The position numbers were made by a program, and so were the translations under genes. The notes beneath the pieces are model-generated. The model worked only from the letters and a program-made list of their open reading frames with translations, searched no databases and had not been told where the DNA came from. DNA of 63,920 nucleotides, the filler included, from Octopus bimaculoides (taxonomy: Eukaryota): assembly GCF_001194135.2 (NCBI RefSeq). It is 6 parts of 5 records of this genome, joined end to end, with 100 filler letters (N's around TTAATTAATTAA, not from the genome) between each part and the next. Parts side by side here need not be neighbours in the genome. Positions count along the whole stretch, not along the records: positions 19,682 to 30,675 come from NC_068985.1; positions 30,776 to 42,885 come from NC_068986.1; 4 more parts are not named here. One strand, given 5' to 3'. Shown piece by piece: positions 25,200-37,918 of this stretch. Within the stretch, counting starts at the first letter, position 1. Every line of letters starts with the position of its first letter.

Positions 25200-26421
25200 C
25201 CAGTTGTTAATCTTACCTTTCATTAACGACGGTGACTTGTATTGGAGAACAGTTTCATTCTCCATAGAAATATTTACTTCTAGACAATGAAGACCTTCAA
25301 GAAAAGAATAAAACAAGAAACTTCCATTAATTCAGGACAAGAGATTTTTATTGTTGTTGTTATCTTACGTCTGGTCAGTTTTGATCAAAGACGTACCAAC
25401 AGTGACCACTCCATTTTTTTAGATTACAGATGTAGTGTATTAAGGACTGCATTATCCAACATATCTTAAAAGTTCTCTACAACTGGCCAAATACAAATCT
25501 AAAAACCTGAATTCACTTGCCATACAATCTTTCACATGTATAAGTCCTCTTCCACCTTTCTGCAGTGTATATAGCCTTATAACATTTGCCTTTGGGTGCA
25601 TTTCACTATTGTCAGCCATTTTCCATCGCGTTAACCCATCGAACTTCTCTGTCTCTCCTTTGGTCCAATTCAAAATGGCTGCACTATATCTAATAACCAG
25701 CACAACCCAGACCTTGATAGCAGTAATCAAGTTTTTTCCCATTCACCTTCGTTTTCAGTGGCAACTCTAACCTGTTTAATTAGACTTCCTTCGCATTTCT
25801 TTTCATTTTCTCCAGATATTTTTGCCCACTCTCCTCAGGGTAACCAGTAGACTCTCCATTAGGTAACTCAATCCACTACTGCATAACGTCTACCTTTCTT
25901 CATTGTCAGGGTGGCGCACATTGCAATACCAAACTCCATCCCAATGTCTTTACAGCATCAAGAACAGTTCTGACCAGTGAACCAACCTGTGATTCATTCC
26001 TGTCAAAGAGCTTCAGCTCATCCATGAAAAGTATATGATTGTTATTATGTCCTAATCTGATAGCTAATATCTGTCTCCCGTAAGATCATTGATACTAGAT
26101 CCAAATCGATCACAGAGAGTAATGGTGAGAATGGATCTTCTTGGAATATTCCACTTTTTATATTGACCACACCGAGGTGTTTATTTATTGGATATAAGTT
26201 TGTCTTCTACAAAAACATACTGCACTCCATTACAATCTGCTATTCCAAACATTCTCAAACATTTCAATACCCACAAATGTAGAGCCATGTCAAAGGCTTT
26301 CTTTAAGTCTATCCAAGCCGTTTTTTAAATTTTTATTATTTATGATCGCTTTGTCAATAACAATATGGTCCTTAGTTCTCTGGGAGTGTATTCTATATCC
26401 TTTCTGCTAGACAGGTAGTAT

Positions 26422-26422
<1 letters not shown>
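25200..26422 (-). mobile_element. R4/Dong-clade non-LTR retrotransposon fragment 1 (RT region, degenerate)
   Basis: Minus strand reads TKDHIVIDKAII, AWIDLKKAFDM, HILFMDELKL, and the ORF-track peptide IKVWVVLVIRYSAAILNWTKGETEKFD. Confidence 0.8.

Positions 26423-26495
<73 letters not shown>
26423..26495. repeat. (ATT)n tract at the 3' end of fragment 2
   Basis: Directly visible. Confidence 0.95.
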
Positions 26496-26499
<4 letters not shown>

Positions 26500-26975
26500 T
26501 ACTCTTCTTTTTATCACGTGCGTTCACTGCACTACCAAGCGCAGCCCTGTGTGTCTTGGGTATGTGCTGTGGTTCGTTGCGATGCTTTTATTTTTACTGT
26601 ATTGAAAGTGTTTTACGCAGGATGTGTGCGGTGCCTAGTAGCGCTATTTTCTGTATGTTATATATACTTGTTAGTCCTGGTGTTTTTGTGACATATTTGT
26701 CTGAATATTTCCAGGTCTTTGTATTTTGTAAGTTTCTCTGTTTCTTTTAGAGAAACATTGTCATCTGTTGGTATTGATACATCGATTAGAAAGCATTTTT
26801 TCTTAGTGATCTCTGACAACTATATCCGGCATACTGGTCTTAATTTCTCTATCTGTGTATATAGGCATATCCCATATTATTGTTGCTTTCTCATTTTCTG
26901 TGACCTTTTCTGCCTACACATAATTTCTGCTATTATTCCATAGTGTTGGCATAGCTTCCAGTGTATATGTGTAAA
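26496..26975 (-). mobile_element. R4/Dong-clade fragment 2 (RLE domain plus intact 3' end)
   Basis: KKCFLIDVSIPTDDNVSLKETEKLTKYKDLEI and terminal IQKIALLGTAHILRKTLSIQ*, then a ~100-nt 3' UTR into (AAT)n. Confidence 0.85.
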
Positions 26976-27017
26976 TATTATTATTTTATTATATTTCGCC
27001 CTGGTAGCAAATAAAAG

Positions 27018-27019
<2 letters not shown>

Positions 27020-27090
<71 letters not shown>

Positions 27091-27103
27091 TATTATTATT
27101 ATT
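27020..27103. repeat. (CAT)n(TAT)n tract
   Basis: Directly visible; abuts the 3' end of element 3. Confidence 0.95.
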
Positions 27104-30100
27104 CAGTAGTTTTATTTTTATAACGTGCTTTCACTGTACTACCGAGCGAAGCCCTGTGTGCCTTAGGTATGTGCTGTGATGCTCTTATGGTTACTGTATT
27201 GAAAGTGTTTTACGTAGGATGTGTGCAGTGTCTAGTAGTGCTCTTTACTGTATGTTATATATATTTGTTAGTCCTGGTGTTTTTGCTATGTATTTGTCTG
27301 ATATTTTTTATCATGCCTAATGCGCTCACTATGATAGGAATTGTTTCTGCTTTTAGACTCCACATTCGAGTTACCTCTATTTACAGGTCTTTGTATTTTG
27401 AAAGTTTCTCCATTTTTTTTTTTAGAGAAACGTTGTCTTCTGCTGTTATTGATACATCAATTAGAACGCATTTTTTTTTCTTCATGATCTCTGACAACTA
27501 TATCTGGTCTATTGGCCTTAATTTCTCTATCTGTGTGTATTGGCATATCCCATANNNNNNNNNNNNNNNNNNNNNNNNNNNNNNNNNNNNNNNNNNNNNN
27601 NNNNNNNNNNNNNNNNNNNNNNNNNNNNNNNNNNNNNNNNNNNNNNNNNNNNNNNNNNNNNNNNNNNNNNNNNNNNNNNNNNNNNNNNNNNNNNNNNNNN
27701 NNNNNNNNNNNNNNNNNNNNNNNNNNNNNNNNNNNNNNNNNNNNNNNNNNNNNNNNNNNNNNNNNNNNNNNNNNNNNNNNNNNNNNNNNNNNNNNNNNNN
27801 NNNNNNNNNNNNNNNNNNAGTTACTTGATATGTTTCTTTTTTATCATGTTTTTGGTAATTTCTGGTGGGGAGACTTTGGTCTTGTGCTGCAATTAAAAAT
27901 CCTTCAGTCTCTTCTTTGAGTCCTGAGCTTCTCAGCCATTGCTGGGATTTTGCTTTGTCTATTTCTTTTGCGTTTAGTTTAGCCCAGGATTTGCCATGAA
28001 GGGGCTTTTCTTGCCATCGTTTTATCATGATCCGTTGCTGTTCTAGTTTTAGTTTGGATTTCATTTGTTTTACAGCTTTTGTTGTTTCTTCTTTTTCTTC
28101 ATAGTTGTTAGATACTATGACCTCTTTTTTGTATTTGTCAGCTTCCTTAAAGACTGAAAATAGTTTTTTGGTTTTGTTCGTGCTTTGTTCGTGTTTAGTT
28201 TTCCCTGCTTCTGAAGTAGGTATTTTTGCAGTCCTATGGTGGTTATTTTGTAATAGTTTTCTAGCTGTATAAGCCTCTACCACCTTCTATACGTTTTGGG
28301 TGGTGCATCCTATATCATTATTTTTCTTGTTTTCCCGTCTATTTTGATTAGTTCATTTAGAGTCCAGTTAATGATATTGTAGCTGTAACTTATAACTCGG
28401 ACGGCTAGTGTTGATACCTATTATCTTGTTTTTCTCATTGAGCTCTGTTTTCAGTATTAATCTAACTCGTCTATAGCATAATTTTTTTCATTTTCTCTTT
28501 CATTTGTGTGTGTTGTATCGTATCTAGTTCATTGATTCCTAAATATTTGTATGTCTAGCTTTCGTCTAATTCTCTTATTCCATTTTCTTTATCTAGTGTG
28601 ATGTAGCTACTCATAACTAGTTTTCCTCTTTTCAATGTTGCTTTGGCACATTTTTCTCAGCCAAAGTTCATATTTATTTCTTTGGTAAATCCATGTACTG
28701 TCTGTAGTAATGTTTTCCAGCTGTTTATCATTTGTAGCGTACAGTTTTAGATCATCCATATAGGCTGATTGTTTTGCCGTAACAGTTGTATCCGCATCCA
28801 GTTCTGTTTGGCATATCAGATAAAGGTGTCGGTGCCAAGCAGAAAAGGAGTGGAGCGAGCGTGTCTTCCTGAAATATTTCTCTTCTAATGGGGATGGCTT
28901 TGGTTTTTATGAGTCCCTCTTTTGTTTGGAGCTATGTAGCACTGTCTGCCATGTATTCATAGAGTGCTTTATATATTTTATGATTATTGGTGTTACCTTG
29001 TTCATGGCTAGTGTTTCTAGGATTCATGTGTTGGGGAATACTATCAAAAGCCTTTCGGTAATCGATCCAGGCCATACTTAGACCTGTCTTCTTTCTGCGG
29101 TTGTCTTCAGTTATGACTTTATTGATCATTAGTTTTTTTATTTACAGCCGTGTGAGCATTTGCAGCATCCCTTCTGCTCTTCTGGACACAGGTTGTTTTC
29201 TTCCAGATGCTTGCTCATTCTCTGCGATGTTATTACAGTAAAGGCTTTGTAAATTTTTGGGAGACAAGTTACTGGTCTGTAATTTTGTGGTTTTGCCGTT
29301 TCAGTGGATTTGGGAATTAGGCTAGTTTTCCCTTTCATGAGCCATTCAGGCATTGTCTCTGGCTCTGCTACTATGTCGTTAAATTTCTCAGCCAGCTTTT
29401 TGTGTGTTCTTGTCAGGTATTTTAACCAGAAGTTGGAGATCTTATCGCGCCCGGATGCCTTCCAGTTGCTTAGTCTTTGCAGTGCCTGGGTGACCTCTTC
29501 AGTTGTTGTAGGGGTCCAGAGTTGTTCAGGTGCTGAGTTCGTTGTTTTGATAAACCTTTTCTGAGGTTGTTCCTTCGCCGACCATATTTCTTCCCAAAAT
29601 TCCTCCACTTCTTCTGCTGTTGGTGCTGCATTGATGTCTATTTTATTTGTGCCAAGTTCTTGGTAGAATCTTTTGGGGTTGGAACTGTTTGTTTTGTTCA
29701 AAGAAACGTTGGATTTTCTCATACCAGCGGATCCTTTGTGCTTTGGCAAGGATATCTTGCTTTACCTGTTCTTTTACCTTAGGTAAACCTTTTTCTGTAA
29801 TGTTGTATTTGCACAGTATTTTTGTTCTCTTCTTGTAATGTTGATTGTCTACTAGTTTCGTTAAGGATTGACAGATCTTTTCTCTTGTTTTCTATTTTTT
29901 TCTGGATAGTATTTATCCACAGGGTTTGTTTGGATGGTAGTACTCCTGTTTGGATGAGTTTGAGGGAGTATCCAGCTTCTGTTGGGGCCACAGTGGCTGC
30001 TGCATAAATTATATCATTTAGCCCGGTGATATTGATATTTGTTTCTGTGGCTATTAGTTCTGTGACGGCCAAATTCATGCTATTTATAATTGACGTTGTT

Positions 30101-30660
30101 TTAGTATCAATTTTAACTTTTGGGATGTACAATCGGTGGTTCATACTGAGACTTGTAGCTTTCAGTTCTTTGATTATGCTCATTTTTAGAGTATCATAAT
30201 CATTAAGTTCACCTTCACTGTTTCCAGGTTTTAGAATTGTTTCATATTCCCTCCTGTTCATATTTTTGTCTGTGTTGTTCTGGTTTGATGCTTTTTGTAC
30301 ATCATTATACATTCCTACGGTCTGGATTTGTTATCGTTCGTTGTTTACTTCGCTTTTGTTGGAAATGTTACGTCTGTCTTCGTGTTTTACAGTTCCAATG
30401 CTTATGATATTATTTGGCATTGCTGTATGGTTACTATCTACATTTTCCTGATGTATTTTTCATTTTAAGTGTTCTATTGCTATTTCTGATATTTTTTGTT
30501 TTGTTTTGAGAATATATCTTCGTATGTTAGCTAGTTTATTAGGGTTCATTAAGGTATGCAAGTCTTTATTTAGGTTATTTTTCTTCCAGATTTTATAAAT
30601 ATATGTTGTGGTACATTATTTACATTATTTACATTTGACGGATATTCGTCCTCATCTTGT
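27104..30660 (-). mobile_element. Near full-length R4/Dong-clade retrotransposon (RT + RLE), frameshifted
   Basis: WINTIQKKIENKRKDLS; RT motifs NWKASGRDKISNFWLK, NYRPVTCLPKIYK, AWIDYRKAFDSIP, IFQEDTLAPLLFC, YMDDLKLYA (28751-28762); WQEKPLHG..GLKEETEGFLIAAQDQSLPTRNY; 3' end nearly identical to fragment 2. Confidence 0.9.
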
Positions 30661-30775
30661 TTGTTGTTAACACAANNNNNNNNNNNNNNNNNNNNNNNNN
30701 NNNNNNNNNNNNNNNNNNNTTAATTAATTAANNNNNNNNNNNNNNNNNNNNNNNNNNNNNNNNNNNNNNNNNNNN

Positions 30776-30842
30776 CATCATCAACGTCATCGTCATCATC
30801 ACCATCATCATCATCATCATCATCATCAACGTTATCGTCATC

Positions 30843-30874
<32 letters not shown>

Positions 30875-31435
30875 TATCGTCATCATCGTCATCATCATCA
30901 TCATCATCATCACCATCACCATCATCATCATCATCATCATCACCACCACCACCACCACCGCCGTTGCCACTACAGCTGCAACCACAACATCCCCTATCGC
31001 CACGACCACCACCGCCTAGACCAGATTCGTAATCGACATCGTTATAATCATCATCATCGTCGTCGTCGTCGTCATTATCATTCACTTCGTCTTTGTCTTC
31101 ATCATCATCATCATCATCATCGTCATCATCGTCACCATCATCATCATCATCATCATCATCACCACCACCATCATCGTCGTCGTCGTCGTCGTCACCATCA
31201 TCATCATCATCACCATCGTCATCATCAACATAGCCACTGACAGCAACATCAGTAGCGTCTTCGTGATCATTATCATAGTCGTCGTGGAATGTCGTGATGA
31301 TTATTGTGTTGAAGCTGATAATGATGATGAAGATAACAAGCATCATCATAAAATAATTAATACTATTAATATCACTATTTTCATTATTTTGGTCCTTATT
31401 GTTGTTGTTATTATTATTATTATTACAATTAGTTT
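30776..31435. repeat. Degenerate (CAT/CGT/CAC/TAT)n low-complexity tract
   Basis: Poly-D/M/G translations in all frames; lies between R4 elements 3 and 4. Confidence 0.9.
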
Positions 31436-33900
31436 TCTTATATAATAATTTTATCCTTTCATTATATATAAACCCCAACGCTTTAGGTCTGTCTTTGTAT
31501 TGTCCCCATCACCCCTCACTTGATAGCTCCGGGTCAATAAGCTCTGATCTTGGGCAGCCAAGATAAAGCCTTCACTCTCTGCCTTTAACCCTGAGCTCCG
31601 TAGTCGCTGATGGGTGTGCTTCCGGTCTACATCAGCTTGTTTGCTACGGGCCACATATTTGCCATGCAGAGGTTTTTGTTTCCACCTATCAGCCAATTGT
31701 TCAAATGTGTTTTGCTTTGCTATTGAAGTGGCCTTCTTTGCGACAACAGTTGCTGCACTTCCATAATGCTGTTCAACCTGGGTATTATGCATAAACTCAC
31801 TTGAACATTTTTCGCTCTCCTTCATAACAGAATGAAGCTTCTTACGTCTTTCATGGTTTTCAACAAGCTTTAGCATCCAGTCGTTAGATGTTCCAAGATA
31901 TTTTGCCAGTCTAATTGTGGTGGTTTCGTAGCAGATTTCAAATTGGATCAAGCCGCAACCTCCTTGACCTCTGGGTAGGTAAAAACGATGTGCGTCTGAC
32001 TCTTGTGGGGGGGCATCTTATTGCAAGTCAACAACTTATGTATTTTCTTGTCAATCTTTATTTCGCTCATATTCCATTTCAACACATTGAAACTGTAAAT
32101 AACAACCGCAACCACCAAGGAATTTATAACTAACATCTGGTTACGAGGCATTTAACTCGGATTTTAGGACTGCTCGAATTCTCCTGTAACACTTCTTCCT
32201 GATCTTCTCTTTCATGATTGCATGTTGAATACCGGAGCTCTCATTCATTCCATGATATTTATAAGTTTGTTCCTGCTTGAGTTCTTTTATGATTTTGTCA
32301 ACATCCAACACCACTTAATGTAAGAACTTCAATTTCCCTTTCTGGATGATAGCATTGGTACATTTATCAAGACGAAATTCCATCCCGATGACATCACTGA
32401 ATGCTTTCACAATACGTAGTAGTCTTTCAAGCTCATTTTCCTCTTTGTCATAGAATTGTAAGTCATCCATATAAAACAGATTACCTATTTTCTTGTCGCC
32501 AATTTTATATCCATAACCTGTTCTGTTAAGTTCACTTGTAAGGGTTATTTAGGGCTACGCAAAATTCAAAGGTGAAAGTGAGTCACCTTGGAAAATGCTG
32601 CTGTTGCTATTAGTATTTTATGTAGTCAATGCTCCATTGGAGTTGTATAACTGGAGATTATTATTCCATACTGACATGTTTCGCTTCAGGAAGCTTGAAA
32701 TCACAGGAGAAATTTTGAAAATATCCAGTGATTTCAAGATCCATTAATGTGGCATGCTGTCGAAGGCCTTTTTATAATCAATCTATGCAGAACTAATATA
32801 TTTCTGCGTTTGTTGTGACATTTCTCAACGATCATGCGACTGATTAAGAGTTGGTCTTTACATCAAATGAGCCTCGTCGGCACCGTTTTTGCTCAGTCAG
32901 GAAAATACCATTCTGTTCCATTAATTTGTGTTTTCTCCACGAGAATGGATGTTAAAATTTTACAGGTGGTAGAAAGACATGTTATGACTGATAGTTTTGG
33001 GGAAATTTAGCTTCATTATTTTTCGGGAGTAGGTAAATAATACCTCTTGCTAACCAATCGGGTGTTTTAGCAGGACCTCTCATAATTTCATTGAATAACT
33101 GGACTAATTTCTTCGTGTGCGCACAGGAGCGAAGCAAGCCAGAAACTAGGCATCTCGTCGTTCCCAGGAGATTTCTACCTGAGCCTTCATGAGTGTCATG
33201 CTTAGGTCTGCTATTGTGATGTCTTCCATGCTTGTTCTGGTGAGTTTTGTTAGGATGCTTCTGTGCGTCTAATCCAGTCTGCATTTTCATTGTATTTCAG
33301 CCAAATATTTTTCCAGAAGTTTTCAACTTCTTCCATGGCAGGAAAGAGGGGTGTTTCAAGGGTTATTTTCTCCTTCCCTATTTCCCTATAGCATGTTTTT
33401 GCATTGGATGTGAACAGCTTCTTTTGCTTGTAAAATTTGTTTCTCTTCTCAAGTCTTCGTATTCTTTAAGCTTTTGCTTGGACATTTTGCTGGAGTGTCT
33501 CTTTTGCTGAAAGCAGTTCTTCTCTTGGTGAGAATCTATGTTTTCTATTAATTTTTCTTCCTTTTCTAGTTTTTATATTGCTTCCACAGATTAGTTCATT
33601 CAACACTGATATTTCACCTCTCATTATTTCAATCTCTCTTTTTCAATTTTACTTTTCCAGTTTCGAATTCTTCTCAGGTTTGCATTTTTTTGTTTTTTCA
33701 GAGGCATACGACTTGTTTCAGTTGTTTTAGCAGCTGCGTAAATAATTTCATTTTATTCAGTGAGGTCTGGTTTTAGTTCTTGTATAATTTCTTTTGTTAC
33801 ATAGTTTCTAATTTTAATTAGTTTTCTATTTTGGATTGTATTTAGGAGTTTACGAAGTGGTTATCTATCATGAATATGAGAATGTCTTACAACTTCAAGC
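31436..33900 (-). mobile_element. R4/Dong-clade retrotransposon element 4 (different subfamily, 3'-truncated)
   Basis: PDWLARGIIYLLPK..PQNY, AFDSMPH, IFQGDSLSP, FYMDDL (32462-32473), KWKQKPLHG-type motif and GLKAESEGFILAAQDQSLLTRSY; RLE end absent. Confidence 0.85.
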
Positions 33901-33974
33901 TTATTCAGGATTTTCTGCTTCATATCTGTCATAGAGTCTCTATGTTCTTCAATAAATGTGTAGTCTTCTACCAT

Positions 33975-34085
33975 TCATCCTATCGGGGTTGATAAAATAA
34001 GTACCAGTTGAACACTGAGGTTGATGCAATCAACTCATCCCCCTCCACCCACACAAAAAAATTGCTGCCCTTGTAGCAAAATTTA
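33975..34085 (+). mobile_element. SINE family B, 3' part
   Basis: ttcatcctatcggggttgataaaataagtaccagttgaacactgaggttgatgcaatcaactcatcccc. Confidence 0.7.
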
Positions 34086-34086
34086 A

Positions 34087-34141
<55 letters not shown>

Positions 34142-34295
34142 GTAGTAGTAGTAGTAGTAGTAATAATAATACTATCATCAATATTATTATGATGACGCTG
34201 CACCTGCCGCTGCTACTGATGATGATAATGAGGAGAAAGCTGAGGAGGAGCAGGAGGAGGAGGCGGGAGGAGCAGGAGAAGGAAAAGGAGGAGTA
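34086..34295. repeat. (AAT)n/(AGT)n/(GAG)n compound tract
   Basis: Directly visible. Confidence 0.9.
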
Positions 34296-35344
34296 GGGTT
34301 GGGTGAGAGAGCATCACACGACATCAAAGAGACGTTGTGCTACAAATATACGAAGCCCATTATACCCATCATGACTACCCGTCTGATAAGGGTACACCAG
34401 GCACATGCATCACAACCATATGTGCGCGACATGGTGATCTTTTTCGAGTGCATTCAACGTTTCTCGCCTCCAAACCCATCGCAAGCCACTTTCTTCCGGA
34501 AAAGAAAGGAAGGAAGGGTTGTGGGGACCTCGGAGTTTCCCGGGAATCTCTGAATGTGACATCGAAATCACGCTTAAACGGTCCTTTCCCCCGGAAAAGG
34601 AAAGATTTGGCTGCTATATCTTGAACACCCTGCTACCACGTAACAGCTATTTCGGGTCCTTTATCGCAAATGGCTGTTACGCGGTAGCATGGCTAAAAAC
34701 AGCAGTCAAATCTTCGGAGGTCAGATACGTTGAATGCACTCGAAAAAGCCCACAGAGAAATATTATTTTACACTTGGATTACGAACGGGTCTTTTACGAA
34801 AAGTTTATCGTATTTTTAAGTAATTTTCACTTTAAAATATTTTTTTAATATGCAAAAACAAAATTTTTTTAATGGTATTACACGTGACAATAATTTTTAA
34901 GAAGATTAAAATATTAGCTGTTTAAAGAAACCTAAAATATAAATACTTACTGTACAAGCAACTTACAATTTTGAAATCACATTCACTTAAAAATATTTGT
35001 AAATGATTAAGAAATTGTGTTTAAGAAAAGCGAAAATAGAAACATTCACTGTAAAAAAGAAAAACTCGTATTCTTTCGTCGGCAAGTCACTAATACTACA
35101 GTTTGTTTCCTTTCAGGGTGAAGTTATTTTCGAAGTATTTTCCCATTATGCTCCGTTTTAGGTATTTATACCCCCAAAACCCCCGATATCTCAAGAACCA
35201 CTAGTCCGATTTACACGAAACTTGTTTTATTCTGTTTGTACTGACATTTCAGAACGACCTTAGTTCATAGTATTTTCCCATTATGCGATGGTTTGACTGT
35301 GTAACATTGCAAGCAAGCAAGATTCAAGCTCATTTTTAATATAA

Positions 35345-35349
35345 TATAG

Positions 35350-35407
<58 letters not shown>
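35345..35407. repeat. (ATT)n tract at the 3' end of R4 fragment 5
   Basis: Directly visible. Confidence 0.95.
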
Positions 35408-35409
<2 letters not shown>

Positions 35410-35985
35410 ATTCCTTCGTAACATAGTGTAGGTAAAAATGCACTGGATTGTTTAGTCATCCGTCAAGTGTCAACAAGGACTTCAGACAGATAATGCTTTC
35501 ATTAAGATGTGAACAGTGCCCAATAACGCTGCTTTTTGCAAGACATCAGTCTTGCATGGGATTTCCAGTTGCCTCAAGAAGTCGTCAAGTTTCAACGGGA
35601 TTGAGTCCAACGCTCCAATCACCACTGGTATCACCTTTACATCAACCCTCTCGCATTCCATACAGTCTTGCCATTTCCACTTTCAATTCGGAGAACTTGG
35701 TGATTTTTCAATATCTTTACTCACAACGTTCATGTCATTTAATATGGCTACATCAATGATCTGACAGTGTTCGTCTCTCTTATTCAATATGACAATTTCG
35801 GCCGACGGTGTTCGATTACACGATTCGTCTGAATATCGTAGACCCAGACTATCGATACTTTTCCATTCTCCTGCATAATTTTATTTGGAACATACTCATA
35901 CCAGTTCTCTGTTACTTCATATTCTATTTACGGCATAAGAGCCAATGAAGATACACACACACTTTATCGCAACGACACTTGTATT
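35408..35985 (-). mobile_element. R4/Dong-clade fragment 5 (RLE plus 3' end)
   Basis: RPEIVILNKRDEHCQIIDVAILND-type RLE core and terminal DVLQKAALLGTVHILMKALSV*. Confidence 0.75.
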
Positions 35986-36059
35986 CTTTATTAGTATTAT
36001 TATTATTATTAATATTATTATTTTTGCTGCTGTTGTTGTTGTTGTTCTTGGTGTTGTTG

Positions 36060-36800
36060 CTTTTGCATAGCTTCTAACGCTGGAGATGTACTACAGTGTC
36101 AGCTGTTCGCTACCAGTGAACTAAGGTAACACCTCTTATTTTTCGAGCACCTTCCGGAGTATTCGAGCGGTTCCAATCAATGCTGCTTTCTGCAAGTTCT
36201 CTACCCTTATTGCAGCCCCTATTTGTTCCACGTACTTCTCGAGATTTTTGCTCACTGTTCCCAGGGCTCCGACAATTATTGGTTGTACTATCACCTTTTT
36301 CATCGACCACAACTGCTTCCCAAGCTAACCTGACATATTTCTCGACTTTTCTTTCTTCCTTATCGCATACCTTTTTGTCAGCTGGTCTTGCTATGTCTAT
36401 GATCCAGCACAGTGTGTTTTCTTTCTCAATTAAGACTATGTTCGGCTTCCTATTCTCGGTCTCATGGTCGCACTGAATCATAAAATCCCATTGGATCTTT
36501 GCATTTCTATTTTCGACAATGCCTTCAGGTTTGTGGTCGGACAAATTTTTTGCTCTGTCAAGTCCATACTTGTTGCAAAGTGTCCAATGGACACGCCAGG
36601 CTATATTGTCATGGCGTTTCTTAAGACAATGGATGAGACCGTAATATTCCTAGTTAGATGGAAACTGCGGGACCACATGGAGCAGTGCCCTGCGATTCCT
36701 ATAGTATGCGCAACCGAAACCCCTATGGAAAGGGGCGTCCTATGGGACGACCTAGATGAGATATTGAGATTACGTCATCTTCATTGACGTTTTTCAATTT
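36060..36800 (-). mobile_element. R4/Dong-clade fragment 6 (zinc knuckle region, RLE, 3' end)
   Basis: KRHDNIAWRVHWTLCNKYG..DHKPEGIVENRNAKIQWDFMIQCDHETENRKPNIVLIEK..CWIIDIARPAD..KVEKY and terminal ARILRKVLEK*, followed by an (AAC)/(AAT) tract. Confidence 0.85.
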
Positions 36801-37089
36801 CTGTAATATGTAATACCGCTCTGTATATCGGAGTTGATTTGTTTACAGAATGGAGTTTCTGAGATTCATATTCTGTCACTAATATCATCATTCAGTCATT
36901 AGTCTTCTTTAAGTATTTCAGCAGACCATTTGCATATGTGAGATTTGTAGTTGGATCAGCCCTTTTCGAACTTCTTTCCTTGGCAAGTCAAGGCGATCTA
37001 CAATCAAAAATAAAGACAGAGACAGCTAAGTGTAAAATGAGAGGGAAAATACGAAGAAAGAGTAAAGAACGCTATCGTAGACCATCAGT

Positions 37090-37470
37090 GAACATACAAA
37101 AGGTTCGAAGCAGCTGACGTTAGACCAGAGGCAGAAGGCGTCATCGTTGTTGCAAAAACCCAGGTAAGAATGTTTCAGCTGAATTGCCGATCGAATGAAA
37201 ATGATGGTGCCGGTATTGTGCGAAAACTCCATGTGCTGGACGAATTCTCTAGTGGACTGGCGCGGATCCTTGCAAATGAGATCGTTCAATCGATTCTCAT
37301 TGAAGTGTACAAGACTGTCAGAATACAGGGAGTAAATGAGGCCGAATGTCCACCCTCTCCGCTTAGAGCGGAAAAATCCTCTCTGAGCAGATCTTTGAGT
37401 AAATAAGTTTTCTCTGTACACAGTACAAATATCTCGAGAGGCTTTGACTTTAAGACCTTGATTGAAAGCA
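37090..37470 (-). pseudogene. mariner transposase N-terminal fragment
   Basis: HFNENRLNDLICKDPRQSTREFVQHMEFSH then HFHSIG, the mariner helix-turn-helix pattern. Confidence 0.65.
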
Positions 37471-37562
37471 AAAAGAAAGGGGGTGCTGATAATGCTGAAT
37501 GTTTTTTTTCTATTTAGCTCCCTATCAACAAAATGAATTAAATATTACTCAAATTCCAAAAA

Positions 37563-37918
37563 CGCAAGGGTGACTGTGTGGTAAGTAGCTTCCTTACCAA
37601 CCACATGGTTCCAGGTTCAGTCACACTGCGTGAAATCTTTGGCAAGTGTCTTCTACTATAGCCTCGGGCCGACCAAGGCCTTGTGAGAGGATTTGGTAGA
37701 CGGAAACTGAAAGAAGCCCGTATGTGTGTTTGTGTGTCTGTGACAACCGATGGTGGTGTGTTTACGTCCCCGTAACTTAGCGGTTCAGCAAAAGAGACCG
37801 ATAGAATAAGTACTAGGCTTCCAAAGAATAAGTCCTGGGGCCGATTTGCTCGACTAATGGCGGTGTTCCAGCATGGCCGCAGTCAAATGACTGAAACAAG
37901 TAAAGAGCAAGAGTAAAA
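37563..37918 (+). mobile_element. tRNA-derived SINE family A, full length
   Basis: tgtgtggtaagtagcttccttaccaaccacatggttccaggttcagtc head, short internal TG tract, tail gcggtgttccagcatggccgcagtcaaatgactgaaacaagtaaag. Confidence 0.9.

Noticed and set aside
30720-31478. Acidic poly-Asp/Gly ORF
   Set aside because: It starts in an AAT repeat, runs into a gap, and all frames are homopolymeric; better explained as a degenerate microsatellite
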